A stretch of DNA of 64,000 nucleotides from Chrysomallon squamiferum (Eukaryota > Animalia > Mollusca). Each line of letters opens with the position of its first letter. Within the stretch, counting starts at the first letter, position 1. This document shows positions 13,441 through 35,939 of the stretch, piece after piece. Below the pieces are notes generated by a model. That model did no database searches, was not told the DNA's origin, and saw only the letters and a list, made by a program, of their open reading frames with translations. Location of the stretch: assembly GCA_012295275.1 (NCBI GenBank), contig CM022672.1, positions 20,956,001 to 21,020,000 of the forward strand, written 5' to 3'. The translations under genes and the position numbers were made by a program.

Positions 13441-15200
13441 ATGATGCGGCAGACAACACCAACCATCTTTCTGCACGCACTCTCCAGTTTCAACATAATT
13501 CTTATATGCCTGGCAAGTAAGTAAATCAATCTTAAATGTCAAATTTTAACAATGTTAGAGTTTTGAGCTTAGAATCCATGATTATAAGTTTTTAATTAAT
13601 CTGTTTACTTATGAAATTTTTAAATATTTATTTAGAAGAATTGGTAGAATATATTTTGAAATGGTTGTCTGTATTAAACAGAACGTTTTGAAGCAATTAA
13701 TTATTATTCTTTATTTTGCTTATTTTCTCAGATAAAGTTATTTGTAATGCAATAGTTACACTATTATAAAAAATTTACAAAATACTCACACACAAACCAG
13801 GCACGCGCATGAATGCCAACACCAGTATAAAAAAACAAAACAACAACAACAAAAAAAACACCCCAGAAAACCACAGGAATTATTAAATGAATTTAAATTA
13901 TATATGATGTAAATATATTCAACATTAAGACAAAATTTTGGACTAGTATTATACTAAAAACGTTATACATACTTTTCGCGCATTTCTGTATTCCTACACC
14001 ACCACCCTGAAGGTGTTTACTTAGAAAATTAAGATAATTTCTATAGGTATTGTTAAAATATCTTTGCCTGTTCTTTAACAACTTGTTAGTTATCTCACAT
14101 TTTCACAGCTGTTACCTAATTCAGACATTATTAACAGTATTTCGTCTTCGTTGAACTAGTGTTAATTACTGTAATTACATTAAGAGGCGTTTCTCGATTT
14201 AAGGATATAACACTGTCTCTTTTGCTATCACCTTTACTGGTTCTGCTTATCATCAAAAACAAATTTTACCGAAATTTTATACACATATTATTTTTCGATT
14301 TCAGCCAATGGAAGTACATTTTGTGATCATGTCCAGTGCAAGAATAATAGTCCATGTCGCACGACCACCTTGTCTCACAAGAAAGGTGGAAGCGACGTCT
14401 CTGCCGAATGCGTGTGTCACGGCAAATGGACAGGACCCCGGTGTGAATCACTCATTCACTTGACTTCTCGACGTGTTCGTGGAAGTAATGTCGAGCTTGA
14501 GATTAACGCTGGACCCAAGTCCAGTGACAGTTCTAAACATACCGGTTACACACGTTTTACGCTTCTCTACTGGACCAACAGTTCGGACGAATCCTGCGTT
14601 ATGATACAGGAATTGACGTCACTTGTGAAAAAGGTTGATGGCCTGCTAGCTAACACACAGTACACTTTTTGTGTTGAAAGCGGAACCGTTGATTCGTGCT
14701 TTCCGGCATTTCAAAACGAGTCACTTTTGACGCCTAATTGTTTATCCCTCGTTACGGGAGAATGGCCATCTAGTCGATCAGTTCGGGAATTCAACGTTCC
14801 TGCCATTGCTGGGACAATTATCATAGTTATTTTAATCATTACAATTCTTGTTGCAGCCGTCGTTATACGGAGAAAACATTTTCTTTTGTTCGATAATATA
14901 TTTGGACTGTGTAGATGTACCCGTTGTTGTTTTTCGAAAAGTCGTTCTCGATCGCCGCGTCGAACAGCGGCAACGGATTTAATTGTCTCCCCTGATTCTC
15001 CACTAGTGATGGCACCAAAACATGAATATTCCACATCTCGGCCTGGCAAACCTAAACTCCGCCTAAGTAAAAGGGTTTGGGGCTATACTAACTACAAAAC
15101 AAAGAACAACAAAAACATGGTTTTGACGACAGTTCTTGAATATCCTCAAAACGAAGACAGAGTGTTAATGGAAAATGTGGCTTTGACAGAAACGTCTTGA
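13441..15200 (+). CDS. Type I membrane protein: signal peptide, EGF, FN3-like, TM, cytoplasmic tail (about 323 aa)
   Basis: Exon 13441-13516 (MMRQTTPTIFLHALSSFNIILICLA, phase 1, gtaagt donor) joins exon 14305-15200 (ttcag acceptor). Six-Cys EGF CDHVQCKNNSPC...ECVCHGKWTGPRCE; FN3 signature GLLANTQYTFCV; TM IAGTIIIVILIITILVAAVVI followed by RRK. Confidence 0.85.
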
Positions 15201-15227
15201 TGCAAAATTTATAGTGTTTTATTATTA

Positions 15228-15278
<51 letters not shown>

Positions 15279-16327
15279 CATGTAAAAGTATGCGGCTTGT
15301 TGCAACCGAGTTTAAAAATACTCACTACATGTTAGCTTCTAAAATTTTCTGTTTAGAAAATTTATCGGTCAAATTTTCATATATAATACCTACTTATTAT
15401 TATAGAATGGTAACTTATATGTGTATATGTGTTTGTGTGTGTGTGTGTGTGTGCGCGCGCTTTTCTATGGTACATATATATCCAATGTATGTATGTTGGT
15501 ATGTAAGTACGTATGTTGAAAAGTTACGTTTTTATAATAATATTAAATAAAGACAAAATTTAATTCTCTGCATCTCTGTTGCACTAAACATTATTTTTGT
15601 ATGCACTAGTTATTGTTCAGATTGTTGAAAACTGTGTGATAAACTCCTTCAAAATAACTTAACGTCTCGTTGGACTTGTAATTAGGTTTAACAGTTTCTT
15701 AAATACGAAGCAAAAGTGATAAATTCGATTTTGAAATCAAAATATCAATAAAAGTTATTACTTGGTTTGCATTACAAATTTATTAAATTAACCCTAAAAT
15801 TTTGGATTTATACCTTATGAATATAACTTTTAATTCTATTAAAGATTAATTAAAACACTTGCCAGAATGCTCTGTGTTATGTTTATATTAGTCGTTGTAT
15901 TTTTTTCTTAAAGATATGCAATTGTACAAAAAAGGTTCGATAGATATACATACATACGCTAATTCTTTGTGATAATATGTAGTAATTAACAAGAGAATAA
16001 CTTTAATATTAATAACTGTGTTATTTTAAACAGATATCATTTGATAAACAAATAGTAACAAATCTCTGGCTGGCTGAGGAATCTGTTATTCTGTTGCCAC
16101 ATTTTATCCTTAAGACAATATTTTAATAACTTGTATAGTTTTAAAACATTTAAAATAAAATTAAAATAAAAAAATAAAAATATGACTTCAAACAGATACA
16201 TGTAGCTGTGATACAACGATAAGAAACTCATTTCCTCTAATGTCGACGGTTCATATTTATTTATTTTCAGAATTAAAATAGAAAAGAAATCTCTTTATTA
16301 ATCATGAACATCATCCATGTATTAGTC

Positions 16328-24016
<7,689 letters not shown>

Positions 24017-24865
24017 GGCTGAAGTTGCAAGAAAATGTATGCAGATCTACAAAGTCCTGTCATCTGTCTTGTGCGAGCAGTCCCTGAACATCACACTACT
24101 TACGTTATTAACCACAGACCCAGCGCCCTATATGATTTTAAAAACATTTACATAGGCTCGCTGAATGTTTGTGTTCTGTTTACAAAGGTGTAGTGTTATC
24201 TTCAGCTCTGTTCAGGATCTTAGATGTAAGCTGTCCATAAGACTTGACATAGATTTCAACTGTTGTGGTTATGACTTTGTTTAAATGTAATCTGCGAAGC
24301 AGTGAGTGAGAAACGTACGTTTTGTTGTTTTACAATGGTGTTGTGATTTGTTTGTAATAAATTATTATTACAATTTTTATTCCTATCGGTCATTGCTTAA
24401 TTGTTGATTGTTATTAGAACTGTAGTTACACCTGCTATGTTCTTAGGAAATGCTTCTAAATTTAAAGAAATTATAATTAATTAATTTTCTTCTTATTAAA
24501 CTTTTATATTGATTTATATCATCATCATCATCATCATTTTTTTTTTTATATTTAATTATAATGTATGTATTTTATAATTTTGTCTTATTTACTATTGCTG
24601 GAAGAGGAAGTTTAAACAATTTTTCATTTCAAATGTCATTTTCCTTCAGACTATACATAAAACTTTTTGTGTAATAAGTTAGATCGAGTAAACACGATAT
24701 AATTAGTCACTGATGGAAAAAAGTTTAAATATGGACACGTTCACCAAAAGGAAATCGTTCTCATAATATATCATAAGTTTAATTAGGACCTGATGTTATA
24801 AAAACATGTGCATGTCAAACACACTAAAGTGAGGAAAGACGGAAACAGCCAGACTCTTAAATGTA

Positions 24866-24902
<37 letters not shown>

Positions 24903-26294
24903 CTGGTTTTTAATTACTGACTCACTGATTCTTTTGTTTAGTTTCGATTATTTATTCACCGAATATTTTATTTTATTTACCCAGCAAACTTATTTTCTTT
25001 CATTTTACTTTATTTGAATTTTATACGAATTTTACTTATTTCTTAACAATAATCATCTGGAAACAAAAACTTCCCTGATTTAGAAGATATCTCCTTTTTT
25101 TTTCAAATTCATTCTCAGGCTTCGATGTAAATTGAAAACATTTGTGCGTTATATGAGAACCATACATGTGTAAAACATAAAGATATCTCATTTTGTAAAC
25201 CCTGTAAATTATTTCATTGTCAGAATGTTATTAAATTTCGCCTTATCTCAACTTGCATAATCTGTAGTTTACGATAACGCAAGAAAGAAAGAAAAAAAAA
25301 GAAAAGAAAAGAAAAAGAAAAAAAAAAATAATAAATATAAAATTAAATTTAAAATAAAAATATCAAAATAAAAATTAAAAAAAAAAAAAAATCAGCCCGC
25401 CCCCAAAATGTATTTTTTTCCTTTTCTTTAAAACTGAAACTTCTTTTCTAACAGAGGAATAGTTGATTCCTCTATTATTATTATTATTATTATGCTGTCT
25501 TACAGTTTTGTGGAATGTGTATTGAAGTGTTAATTTTGACTCTGATTTGATTTCTGTGATATCATAATTTGAAAAAGTCAACTAATTTATCTAAATTTAT
25601 CTTTTTGTTTTATGATTTTTTTTTTTTTGTCGTTAACTACTAACGAACTATAAGTTATATTTATGTGAATTTCTGGGTATGTGTGTATACGTATATGTGT
25701 GTATGTATTTATTGCATATGTGGACGAAAACATGCACACACTAATGTATATATGTATGTATATGAATATTATGTCTAAGTATCTATAAAATTATTCATGA
25801 AAATTCGGTTCATAATTACCAAAGGAAATCTATTATAAACAAATTTATTTTCAGTAATTAGTATAAATATAATCATTGTAATGAAAGAAGAATATATTTA
25901 CACATTTTTCTTTTAACAAATATTTTCGATAAAAAGGTGATATTAACGTACAATGAAAAAGACAACAACAAGAAAAGAATATAAGAATTATTTGTATAGA
26001 ACATAAATCAAAATGTTTCTATTAAATATTTACGAATAATACCTTTACGTGAATTTCTGGTATTTACTGCACCAAACAAATAGTTTCAGTTAAATAATAT
26101 AAACACTAATACTAAACATTTACCGCTGTCATTTTACCAAATCAGCAGAGATGCAACAGTTAAATTGATCACAGACATGTTTATGATGGCCGCTGTAGAT
26201 ATTTTTGTATTCATTCCCTTCTACAACTCCAGGTAAAGACAAGATATAATCTCTGTTAATTCAACCATGATTAACCATGACTGAATCCTCTTTG

Positions 26295-26377
<83 letters not shown>

Positions 26378-26602
26378 TTAATGCTAATGATAATGATAAC
26401 GATGATGATGTGGATCATAATGATGCGATAAAAGAATGCAGTAAAATTAAATACACAGGTATGGAGATCAATGTATCAATTATCTTTTGTCTCTGATTCA
26501 GTCAGTTTGTAAATTACACATGAACTACATATTAGAAAATATTCATTGTTCATCACAGAGGTAAACACGCTATTACACAAGACACACCACTAACAGAAAG
26601 AA

Positions 26603-26608
<6 letters not shown>

Positions 26609-26676
<68 letters not shown>
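26609..26676. repeat. (GA)n microsatellite downstream of the GPCR stop
   Basis: Pure dinucleotide run. Confidence 0.95.
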
Positions 26677-26679
<3 letters not shown>

Positions 26680-26764
26680 GCAAATTCTGTATTTCTGAGT
26701 AAATGAATTTTTCACATTTATTTACATTTACATATATAATCACTTATGTTTTTATATCATTAAT

Positions 26765-28227
26765 TTATCTACAGGATTTACATGTCAAAAGTTTAACTAT
26801 TTCACTTCTGAATTTCTGACAACAAAATCCGTACACAATAGGATTGGCCACACTGTTAATGAAATAGGATCGTAACAAAATATTATGCGCCAGTTCCCTG
26901 CCACCGCCTGTTCCACTTAAAGAGTTTTTGTCTAGAGCTTTAGCTGCCATGAGAACAAGATGAGGCAGAAAACTCAGAATGTAAACAACAGTAATAAGGA
27001 ACAGCATCAGAGTTGTCTTTCTTGCGTTGGATTCTCTTCTGGCTGCCCCCGTTACTGTTGAACTGCGTCTATCGAACGAACGTTTCGAAACGTTTCTTGT
27101 TGTGTCAGTTGGGTTCCGTTTTCGCTTTTTCTCAGGCTCTTGTCGCGCTGAACACCTAGGGTACGTTTGATGTATCTTTTCTCCAGAACTGTCTCCACCG
27201 AAACCGAAGATACTAATTCGTTTGTTGTGACCGACTGTATTGTTCTGCTCTGGTTTTTGTTCCATTGTTTGCTTTATTATTGCAGTTCACAGCTGCATCT
27301 TTGTCACATACAGGCCAGACGAACGAATCAGATCTCTCGTCTGCCATTTTACCTGGGGTGTAGGGACTTTGAAGAGCATCGACTGAAGTAAATGTGCTTA
27401 GAACAGTCGTCGTGAGGGTCGTTAAAGAAGCGCGGTTCTCCTCTGTTGTTGGGGTAGATGTAGTGTGGGGAACTTGCAGCTTCCGTCGAATTTGGACTAC
27501 TGTCAGAACAGGAAACGCTGCTTTTGGCTGAAGATCGCACTTTTAGGCCTTTCCTTTCAAATCGTCTGTGACGCCAGATTCTTTTGCCAATGAGAAAATA
27601 AAGAATACTTAGTCCCAGTGCTCCTATTGTAAATACGCAGAACTGTAGTGAGTTGTACAAAATAGGCAAAAGTGTTCCTTGAAATCTGTCTTCAGTGGAA
27701 CAGTCTGCTCCTGTAATTAACGGATTCTTTGTACTCACGGTTCTCTTTCCATACAAAAACACAGCAGGAGCCGATAGAAGAAGAGATATGAAAAAGCAAA
27801 TGAGGATAATTATGTTAGCCATCCTGGTCGAAACCTGTTTTCCAAGAGGAGAGCAGATCTTTTTGTATCTGTCAATGGCAACGACGAAAAGAATCATTCC
27901 AGAAGCGAAGGCCGAGAAAGAATTAAGCGTCCGTATCATTTTGCAACCGGGTGAATTTCCAAAAGTGTAATTCTGTAGCATGTCCACAATCTCACCCGGC
28001 ATCGCAACAGTGCAGCTGATCAGATCGAACACAGCCAGTGCCAGAACGAAACTGCGAGTTGTGTTGTGTTTCAGCTTATTCTGATATATGTACAGAACGA
28101 GCAGATTCCCGATCACACCAATCCCCATCAGAATACCCAGCAATCCCATAGCTGGCAACATGAGATTGGCGAATCTCTGATTCAAAATTTGAAGACTTTG
28201 ATAGGTTGTATCTTCTGTTTCATTCAT
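26765..28227 (-). CDS. Class A (rhodopsin-like) GPCR, orphan peptide-receptor type, intronless CDS interrupted by two apparent frameshifts in intracellular loop 3
   Basis: ORF 28227-27349 carries TM1-TM5 (GNLLV, LAVFDL, AIDRYKKIC, ECL2 Cys); ORF 27265-26765 carries TM6-TM7 (KTTLMLF, SFLP, NSVANPIVY, helix 8 FRSE). A third frame bridges them. Confidence 0.88.
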
Positions 28228-29518
28228 TGTGATATTGCAGTCTGTACTGACAATCTTATTGTAATTTGTTTTCTTTTAATAAAAACCTCCTTTTATGAGT
28301 GAACGTGTTGCATCTAAAAAACATAAACAGACATAGAGTAAGTTACAGGAACTAAAATATAAATATAGATAATATCATTTAATAAGATAAATGACAGATT
28401 TGCTGGAAATGTCTAATAGTAAATAAAAATTTGATTTTATGTTGCACAAAGCAACTTTTTATTTCCGATGAATAAATCACAAGTTCTGAAAGGCAGATCT
28501 CTATGAAAGTATCGACTTCGGTGCTAACATGTAAATGAATAGCCTCAACATTTCATATCAGTGGATCAAAATGAACATGCAATTACTATAAAATGAAAAA
28601 ATGATAATGGTAAAAATTTTTATACAGTCTACTATATAAGCATGTTATTTGTAAGTCCATTTATACGTACATATGCACGCGTTACAAGTAAACAACGTTG
28701 TGTAAACAATCGTTTCGGGTTATTGGGTGCAGATCTCTTCATCATTTAACGCACATGACATCGGATGTGATATGCTATTATTATCAAAATATCTGCATGC
28801 CACACAACTTAACACTAACGATTATTAAAAAGCGATAAAGGTTTGGCGCGGAGAAAAAGAATGATGTCGCCAAGGGTCACAGCGGTCAAACAGTCATCGT
28901 GTCATTACCCCCACCAAGATTTGTAGAAGCAAAGACTTCCATCTCAAGAGGCATGCAAATGTGTGTTTCCGACTGATGTAAGTCGTACTGTGAACACAGC
29001 CACTGTTCAAAGGTCTTTGTTTACATCAGACATGCTAAATTTTAAACTTCAGAGTCATCGCATGCAGTCGATGCAAACATATGACATAGAATTTTGATCA
29101 TTACACGACTGTGTTTATGAAATAAATGCTATTTTATGTGGTGGTTTTCAACGCTTTTGAGTCTTATGATTTCGAGTTCTAAGTTCAAATGACTATTATG
29201 TATGGTTTTCTGTATTTAACTGCATGCATGATGATCAAATATGCTGATATTAGAGGCATTAATTATTTTATCTTTTTCCTTCTGTGCTTGATAATGTTAT
29301 TCGCACTAAAAATATAGAAAGAAAAACATTAGATTATAAATATATCTTTGTCGTGTACTCAGTTTGGCAAGCAGTGGTTTACGGGGGGGTTTCTTTGTTT
29401 TTCTGCGGGGTTTTCCTCTTCCCCTGAAATTTCTGTGTATGAAATGATATCATGATAATAGTGAAAATATGAGCATTTGTGCAACCTCGATGTACTGTCG
29501 TTATTTTAAATCGTCTGC

Positions 29519-29554
<36 letters not shown>

Positions 29555-30457
29555 TAATAAAAAATGCTGGGAAGATAAATATTAATGTTATTCTTCTGTA
29601 ATTAAATATGCTCGGACAACGCCTAAAAATGTTTATTTACTTTCCCATGTCTGTAAATAATAATAACTCATAACTCATGCAGGTTAAGTGCAGATATGAC
29701 ATCATGAATAGTTCATTTCAGTGTCAACCACAATACATCATCACCGTGGCCGCACCGGAACTTCTGAAGAGTTCGGTTATCACGTGCACTTGTTGATCTG
29801 GGACAAACGGAAGACACCGCATGAGCGCGTGCGTGGGTTGAGCTGGACATACGCGTTCATGGGTTTACCACGGCTGAATCAGAAAGTTTAAAATTAGAAA
29901 TGACAAAAGAAATACATATAATTTATAATTAAATATGACATCTGCTACCATCACTATAATCAAGGAAAATGATATTTTCCACTTTGTATTTAAACTTAAC
30001 AAAAGCAGTTTTCGCCAACATTTTGCTATGATTTGAATACTGGTCTATAGTACTGAAGAGAAAAGGTGACGTGAAATGTCAAAGGTCATTGTCAAATCGG
30101 CCTAGTTTTCAATTTCAAGTCATGATAGTGAATTCACCCATTTAACTTAAAACTTTTATTACAAATATCTCGGTCTCGGTCGATGCTGATATCGCATCCG
30201 TTGATTAAAACAATTAATAACTGGTTCACAATGGTTCTCAAGGTGTATATTATATCACAACATCGAATTCTTGTCCAGATAAACGACTGTTACATAAATA
30301 AATAAAAGAAGCAAACGCGTAACGCAAATTCTCTTATCAGAAATAACATTTTGAGCATGAAATAAATGAGACGCAATAATAAGAGTCACATCAGTCGGAA
30401 ACAGGCGCACAGGTGTTGTCAAACTCATCATCTAAGATCAGATATTTTATAGTTCAT

Positions 30458-30495
<38 letters not shown>

Positions 30496-30669
30496 CAGTT
30501 TTGTTCCTGTCAGTTATTCTAACTTCATGCACAGTTTAAATTAGTTATAGAACTGACACGTGACTAGTACTTCCTGATTTTAATTGCATTTGTCTTAAAA
30601 AAATATTATTTATTTTATAGAATGCACAAACTGAAGGATAGAAAGACAGATGGGAAGGAGATAAAGACA

Positions 30670-30673
<4 letters not shown>

Positions 30674-30750
<77 letters not shown>
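30674..30750. repeat. (GA)n microsatellite
   Basis: Pure dinucleotide run. Confidence 0.95.
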
Positions 30751-30755
<5 letters not shown>

Positions 30756-31025
30756 CATTAGTGATACATATCATGGTCGGAATAGAGATTTATATTTTAT
30801 ATTTTTTAAATAAAATCTTTGTATGAAAAAACAATCTTCAATTTCGGTATGAGGAATTTGCCTCATGTGCCTCAATATAATTACGGCCATGCACTGTTAA
30901 AATGCAGTTAAAAATAGCTTAATGATTTTTATTCTTCAACGCTTCTGTTGTAAGTTTCAACTGTATCATATCATTTGACATAACCAAATACCCTAAGTAT
31001 GTTGATTAAAGACGCAAATATTTCT

Positions 31026-31061
<36 letters not shown>

Positions 31062-31501
31062 TTATCCCTCCAATTCTGAGCTTAAATTGTCAGGATAATG
31101 TCAGAAGTTTAAGGAACTGAAATATTTGGAGTCCAGCTCTATTTTTTTAACAGAACAAAAAAAGAAAAAGAAAAAAAAAAAACAAAAAAAAACACATCGA
31201 GTTTTACCAAAAACTAATACTTTAGTTTCCTAAACATTTATATTTTTTTTTTACATCTGTATAACTTTATTCCTTCCTTCCTTCCCTTCTTACTTTATTT
31301 ACTTAGGCCAGGTCAGGTTTAGCAGAGGAAACCAAATCACAGAAACACACCCAAAGAACAAGACAAACTGTAAACACAGAAGATAAATTAGTGAAAGCAA
31401 ATAAACCAGTTGATATCAGAGAAGAAAAGAACTTAAAAAAAATAATAATAATAATTTAAGAAAATTAAAAATGAATGATGATGATGATGATGATGATGAT
31501 G

Positions 31502-31541
<40 letters not shown>

Positions 31542-32346
31542 CAACAACAACAACAACAACAATAATAAAATCGATAATGATAATAAAATAATAATTATGT
31601 AAAAAAAATATATCTCTGAAAAATAAGTGGAATTAAACGTTCCATACTTAAATAAATTACAGTGTACTTGGAAACAAAAATGGAAACCAGATACACAAAT
31701 AAAAGAAATAAATCACAATCACGACAAACTACAATGCTAGATTTCCTGATAGCATCCACACATTTGCATCACATTTCAAGACAGCAACGCTTAAAAAAAC
31801 CAAGACAAAAACGAAAAAAAAAAAAAAAAAAAAAACGTAACTAACAAAAAAAAAAAAAAAAAAAGATATATCTAATATCATAAACACTATTACGCACCGA
31901 AATAATGAGTTACACAAGAGAAGCGGTTGGGAACATGAACCTTAAATCAGAAAAAGACTCAAACGTTTTACATATCGTTCATCTAGTTACATTTCGGGTG
32001 AATTGAATATCAAGAATTCAGAAATTTTAATATATTATTCTTCTTGCTCTTTTAAATAATTGCATGTTTCTAAACTAGCAGTAGGTTCACAGATACCAAA
32101 AAAACAAAACCATTAATGCATATGTGCGTTAACTTGTCGTGACACTTTGCTAATAATAAAGTAGACGTACATTTGTGAACAAAAATACATAAATTTACAC
32201 ACTCTGTTTCAGACGTTAGTTCACTTGCAAAACGTAAGTTCTTGCAATAAACTAGTCCTCAAAAAAAATACGTTCATTAGCAGACACAAATAACAAAAAA
32301 TATTCGCACAAAAACACATTACATTCATGCCCACAGATAAACTTAC

Positions 32347-32682
32347 ACGTATTATCTACAGGGAGAGTAACAGTTCCTGTAAGTCAGAAATTGTCTGACT
32401 GATGTCATTATGATTAAAAGCAAATCATTCTTATTTAACCGATGACGTGTTACACTTGGGTAAAACGAGCTTGGAACATGTGCTTTCAATAAAACACGAG
32501 TATTTCAGACGTGCACTCAAAACAACAGTTAAAATGTCACTTTTTTCAGGAAACCGTGTCAAGTGTCTCAATTTTCTAAAAGAAAGAGATTCAATCTCTC
32601 TCCTTATCTTCACAGAACATGAATGTAGATGTCTGCAAACGAGGAAATGTTAGAAATGTTCGTCTTCCAAATTACGAAGAGT
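32347..32682 (-). other. Candidate non-coding (5'UTR) exon, probably of the GPCR
   Basis: Minus-strand long pyrimidine tract plus ctggcag acceptor ending at 32683 and gtaagt donor at 32346; a matching ttttag acceptor lies at 28314, just upstream of the GPCR ATG. Confidence 0.35.
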
Positions 32683-34199
32683 CTGCCAGTAAATGAAAAT
32701 AGTTTTGAAAAAAAAAGCGAAAACAGAAAAAAGAGAAAAAAAAAAAAAAAAAAAAAAAAAAAGAAAGAGAGAAGAAAAACACCTTCTGCATCATGCATGA
32801 ATGTTAACGGTCAAGTCATTAAATTCCTATTAACTGATCTTGACAAAAATGTAATTATTTTGTTTTATTAGTTACTTGACTGTTACCTTTGATAACTATA
32901 AAATTTAAAAAAAAAAAAAAAAAAGTGCCTACGAGGCATGGTAGATAGCGTTGTCACTCTTTTATGACTTTATTTTTATTTTATTTTTTGTACAAAATAT
33001 TTTAATAAAATAAATAATACTTTTTTTTTTTTTTTTTTCTGGTTCTGTCTGTTTTCTAAATATGGTTATCACGTCACAAATATAAAAATGGATGCCAAAA
33101 TATATCACCTCGAAGTTGTTATTTTGCTGTCTTACATTATTACTGGCAAAAGTTGTTAATTAAGCAATAAATAAAATGCATTTGATAGAACAAACTACAA
33201 CTGTTATGCTGCAATGCTAAATAAATTTAAGAGAAATAAATACTGATCATCTTAAGCTGTAAAATATGGTAACTTCCAACAGGTTATATTATAAGCTTTT
33301 GGAAGTTTTTCCTTTTTACTATTTAAACTATCAGTGTTTATCTCTTAAAATTTTTGTTTTCTCTTGCAGTACTCATAAAATATGTCAGCAACTGGGAAAA
33401 CATGTGAAACTCCACAAATCAGTGTTACGGCCCAACATTTCAGTACCGTCATTCAGCAACACACGATTCGGCTATAAACCTTGAAGGCAATTGTAATTTT
33501 TTCATATAATTTATACACGTTTTCGTTTGGAACAGAACTAACTATTTACATTACTTGGAAAACATATGGCAAAAAAGCACGTAAGTTCTTTGATGAAACT
33601 GCCAGATGGGGCGTTTAAAGGCTCATAACTCCTCTAACTTGACAGTTGGCGAGTGCATAAGTTTTGCGATGCGTTCTCTAGTTTGTTTTATAACAAAATA
33701 CAAATTACTCTGGAATGCTATGCATACGTTATCGTCAATGACAGCCGCCACGTCAACCACATCTGCTGGACCATCTGGTGGAAACTGAACCGCTGTTATT
33801 TTCTTCTATGTATATTTTTTTTTTTCTCGGCAGGCATGTAAATCTGAAAATGGCGCCCGTAAAGCGAGGTTTAAAGTGAAAAGTTAGACTGGTATCTGCG
33901 CGATCGTTCTCCGCACCATTGAACTGAAGTAATAAGAATGTTATTGCAGTTGGCATCTTCATACAGTTTCCACCGCTTCTGTCAGTCTGTCAGTCCGTCA
34001 CCTATCACGACAGTGCTGGAAATATTTACAGCTGACATATTATCAACACAGTACGTGTGTGCTGTTTTAAATTAATATTAAATTTTGTTCTAAAATAAAT
34101 AAAATTAAAAATGAGTTGTTAATAAAAAAATAAATAAATATAAGTGGAATAAAAAATTAATAAATTAAATTCAAGGAATCACATATCTGTGTGAGAGCG

Positions 34200-34254
<55 letters not shown>

Positions 34255-35154
34255 TGAATATTAATTAGTGAAACGACCAATAAATTATAGTGGTGTTAGC
34301 TAGGTACAGAAATATATCAAATAAGATCTTCTTCCAACTGATGGTTCATTGAACTTCACGCACACACATTTATCTATAAATCGAAAGGTGCAATTACGAA
34401 TGAAACAAAATACAGAAGAAAAACTAAATAAAATAAACTAACAGGAAAAACGCGATACATTTTCAGTAATTTAAACAAGTATATCATTTTAATATACTCC
34501 ATACAATTTGTCAAAATAAAACAAATACAAAATCTGTTGTTTTTTTGGATAATATCTTTCTCAGTGAAAAATATCCAGCAATAAGAAATATATAATAAAT
34601 AATTTCCCAATGTTTTTTCTACGGTGTCTTTGTATTTCTCTGATGAGAAATAAAAAGTTTTAATTGAAAAAGTGAAATACATTACCGTGGAAAGGTGAAA
34701 ACTAATAAACGTCGCCTTTTAGAACTCTATCATTTATATGTGTGATAAATAAAACAAAAGATGTACGGAATGAAACAAATGAAAATTTTGGTTTTGTTAA
34801 CGAACAAAAATATACGTTTGACGTGAAGTGTTATGAAGACACCATTAAGTGCCGCTGTGACTCTTGAAAAGTACATTAACAGAAATTAAAAATATATAAA
34901 ATATAAAACAAACCTGATAGAAAAGTTGTCCACGTCTGTTACACCATTTTCAAAAGAGTCAACTAAAAGTTCCCGCTCTTAAAGCCTATAACAGTGTGCG
35001 TACGACTCTCAGATCACGTGACTCGTTTTATCACATTGCCACATGTACTTCCTCGACGCCTGGTACATCAAAGGTATGGAGTTTAATTTCCGAGCCGCAA
35101 ATATGCCGCTGGAGACGAAAATATGATATTTGTAAATAAATATTAATACAAATG

Positions 35155-35202
<48 letters not shown>

Positions 35203-35380
35203 GGCAAAAAATATAATTGAAAGGAAAAGTCACTGTGTATGGGTTACGCACAATTTAAAATGATTTAATTGTAACAGACTTTTTTATTTTTATTTTTATT
35301 CTTTTATTTTTTTTTAAATATGGCTGTTGATAATAAATAAATAAATAAATAAATAAATAAACCAAATTTAATATACATAT

Positions 35381-35412
<32 letters not shown>

Positions 35413-35504
35413 GTATTGGTATATTATAATAACGCGCTTAAACAAAATAGTTAATCTACACGGTTTTATTTTCTTGATTTTATACAAAATATTTAATTTT
35501 ATTG

Positions 35505-35543
<39 letters not shown>

Positions 35544-35906
35544 TATTAACATCTATATGTATTATTTTACAGTGAACAAAATAAATGCGCCATTTTGAAA
35601 CATATCCGGAGTGACTGTCAGTATCTATTTATTTTGGACACAACTTCGGCTGTCTCCGCCTCTCTCAGTCGATTTTGTTACTAGGCTAGCCCCATCTATA
35701 GCAGCTACACAAACACAGGCGATGAAAAACCGTGTACAAGTTTTCCGTCAAACCTTGACAAACACGTTGACAGCACTTAAATAGTGAAAGGGCGAAACGA
35801 ATTTACACTGCGATGCGAAAACATCTCCAGTTTCACTTCCGAGATTTTTAATTATGCATGTGGCACATTAACATTCTGACTAAAACACCGATTACGTAAA
35901 AGTACA

Positions 35907-35939
<33 letters not shown>

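Noticed and set aside
14711-15049. 112-aa minus-strand ORF
   Set aside because: Lies wholly antisense to the EGF-FN3-TM exon; no independent signals.
27293-27352. Short intron (gtaaaa...gcag) to repair the GPCR
   Set aside because: Splicing gives an immediate stop (CELQ*) and there is no pyrimidine tract.
33606-33962. Short ORFs in a GC-richer block
   Set aside because: No recognisable domain or splice-consistent partner exons; more likely regulatory sequence or repeat.
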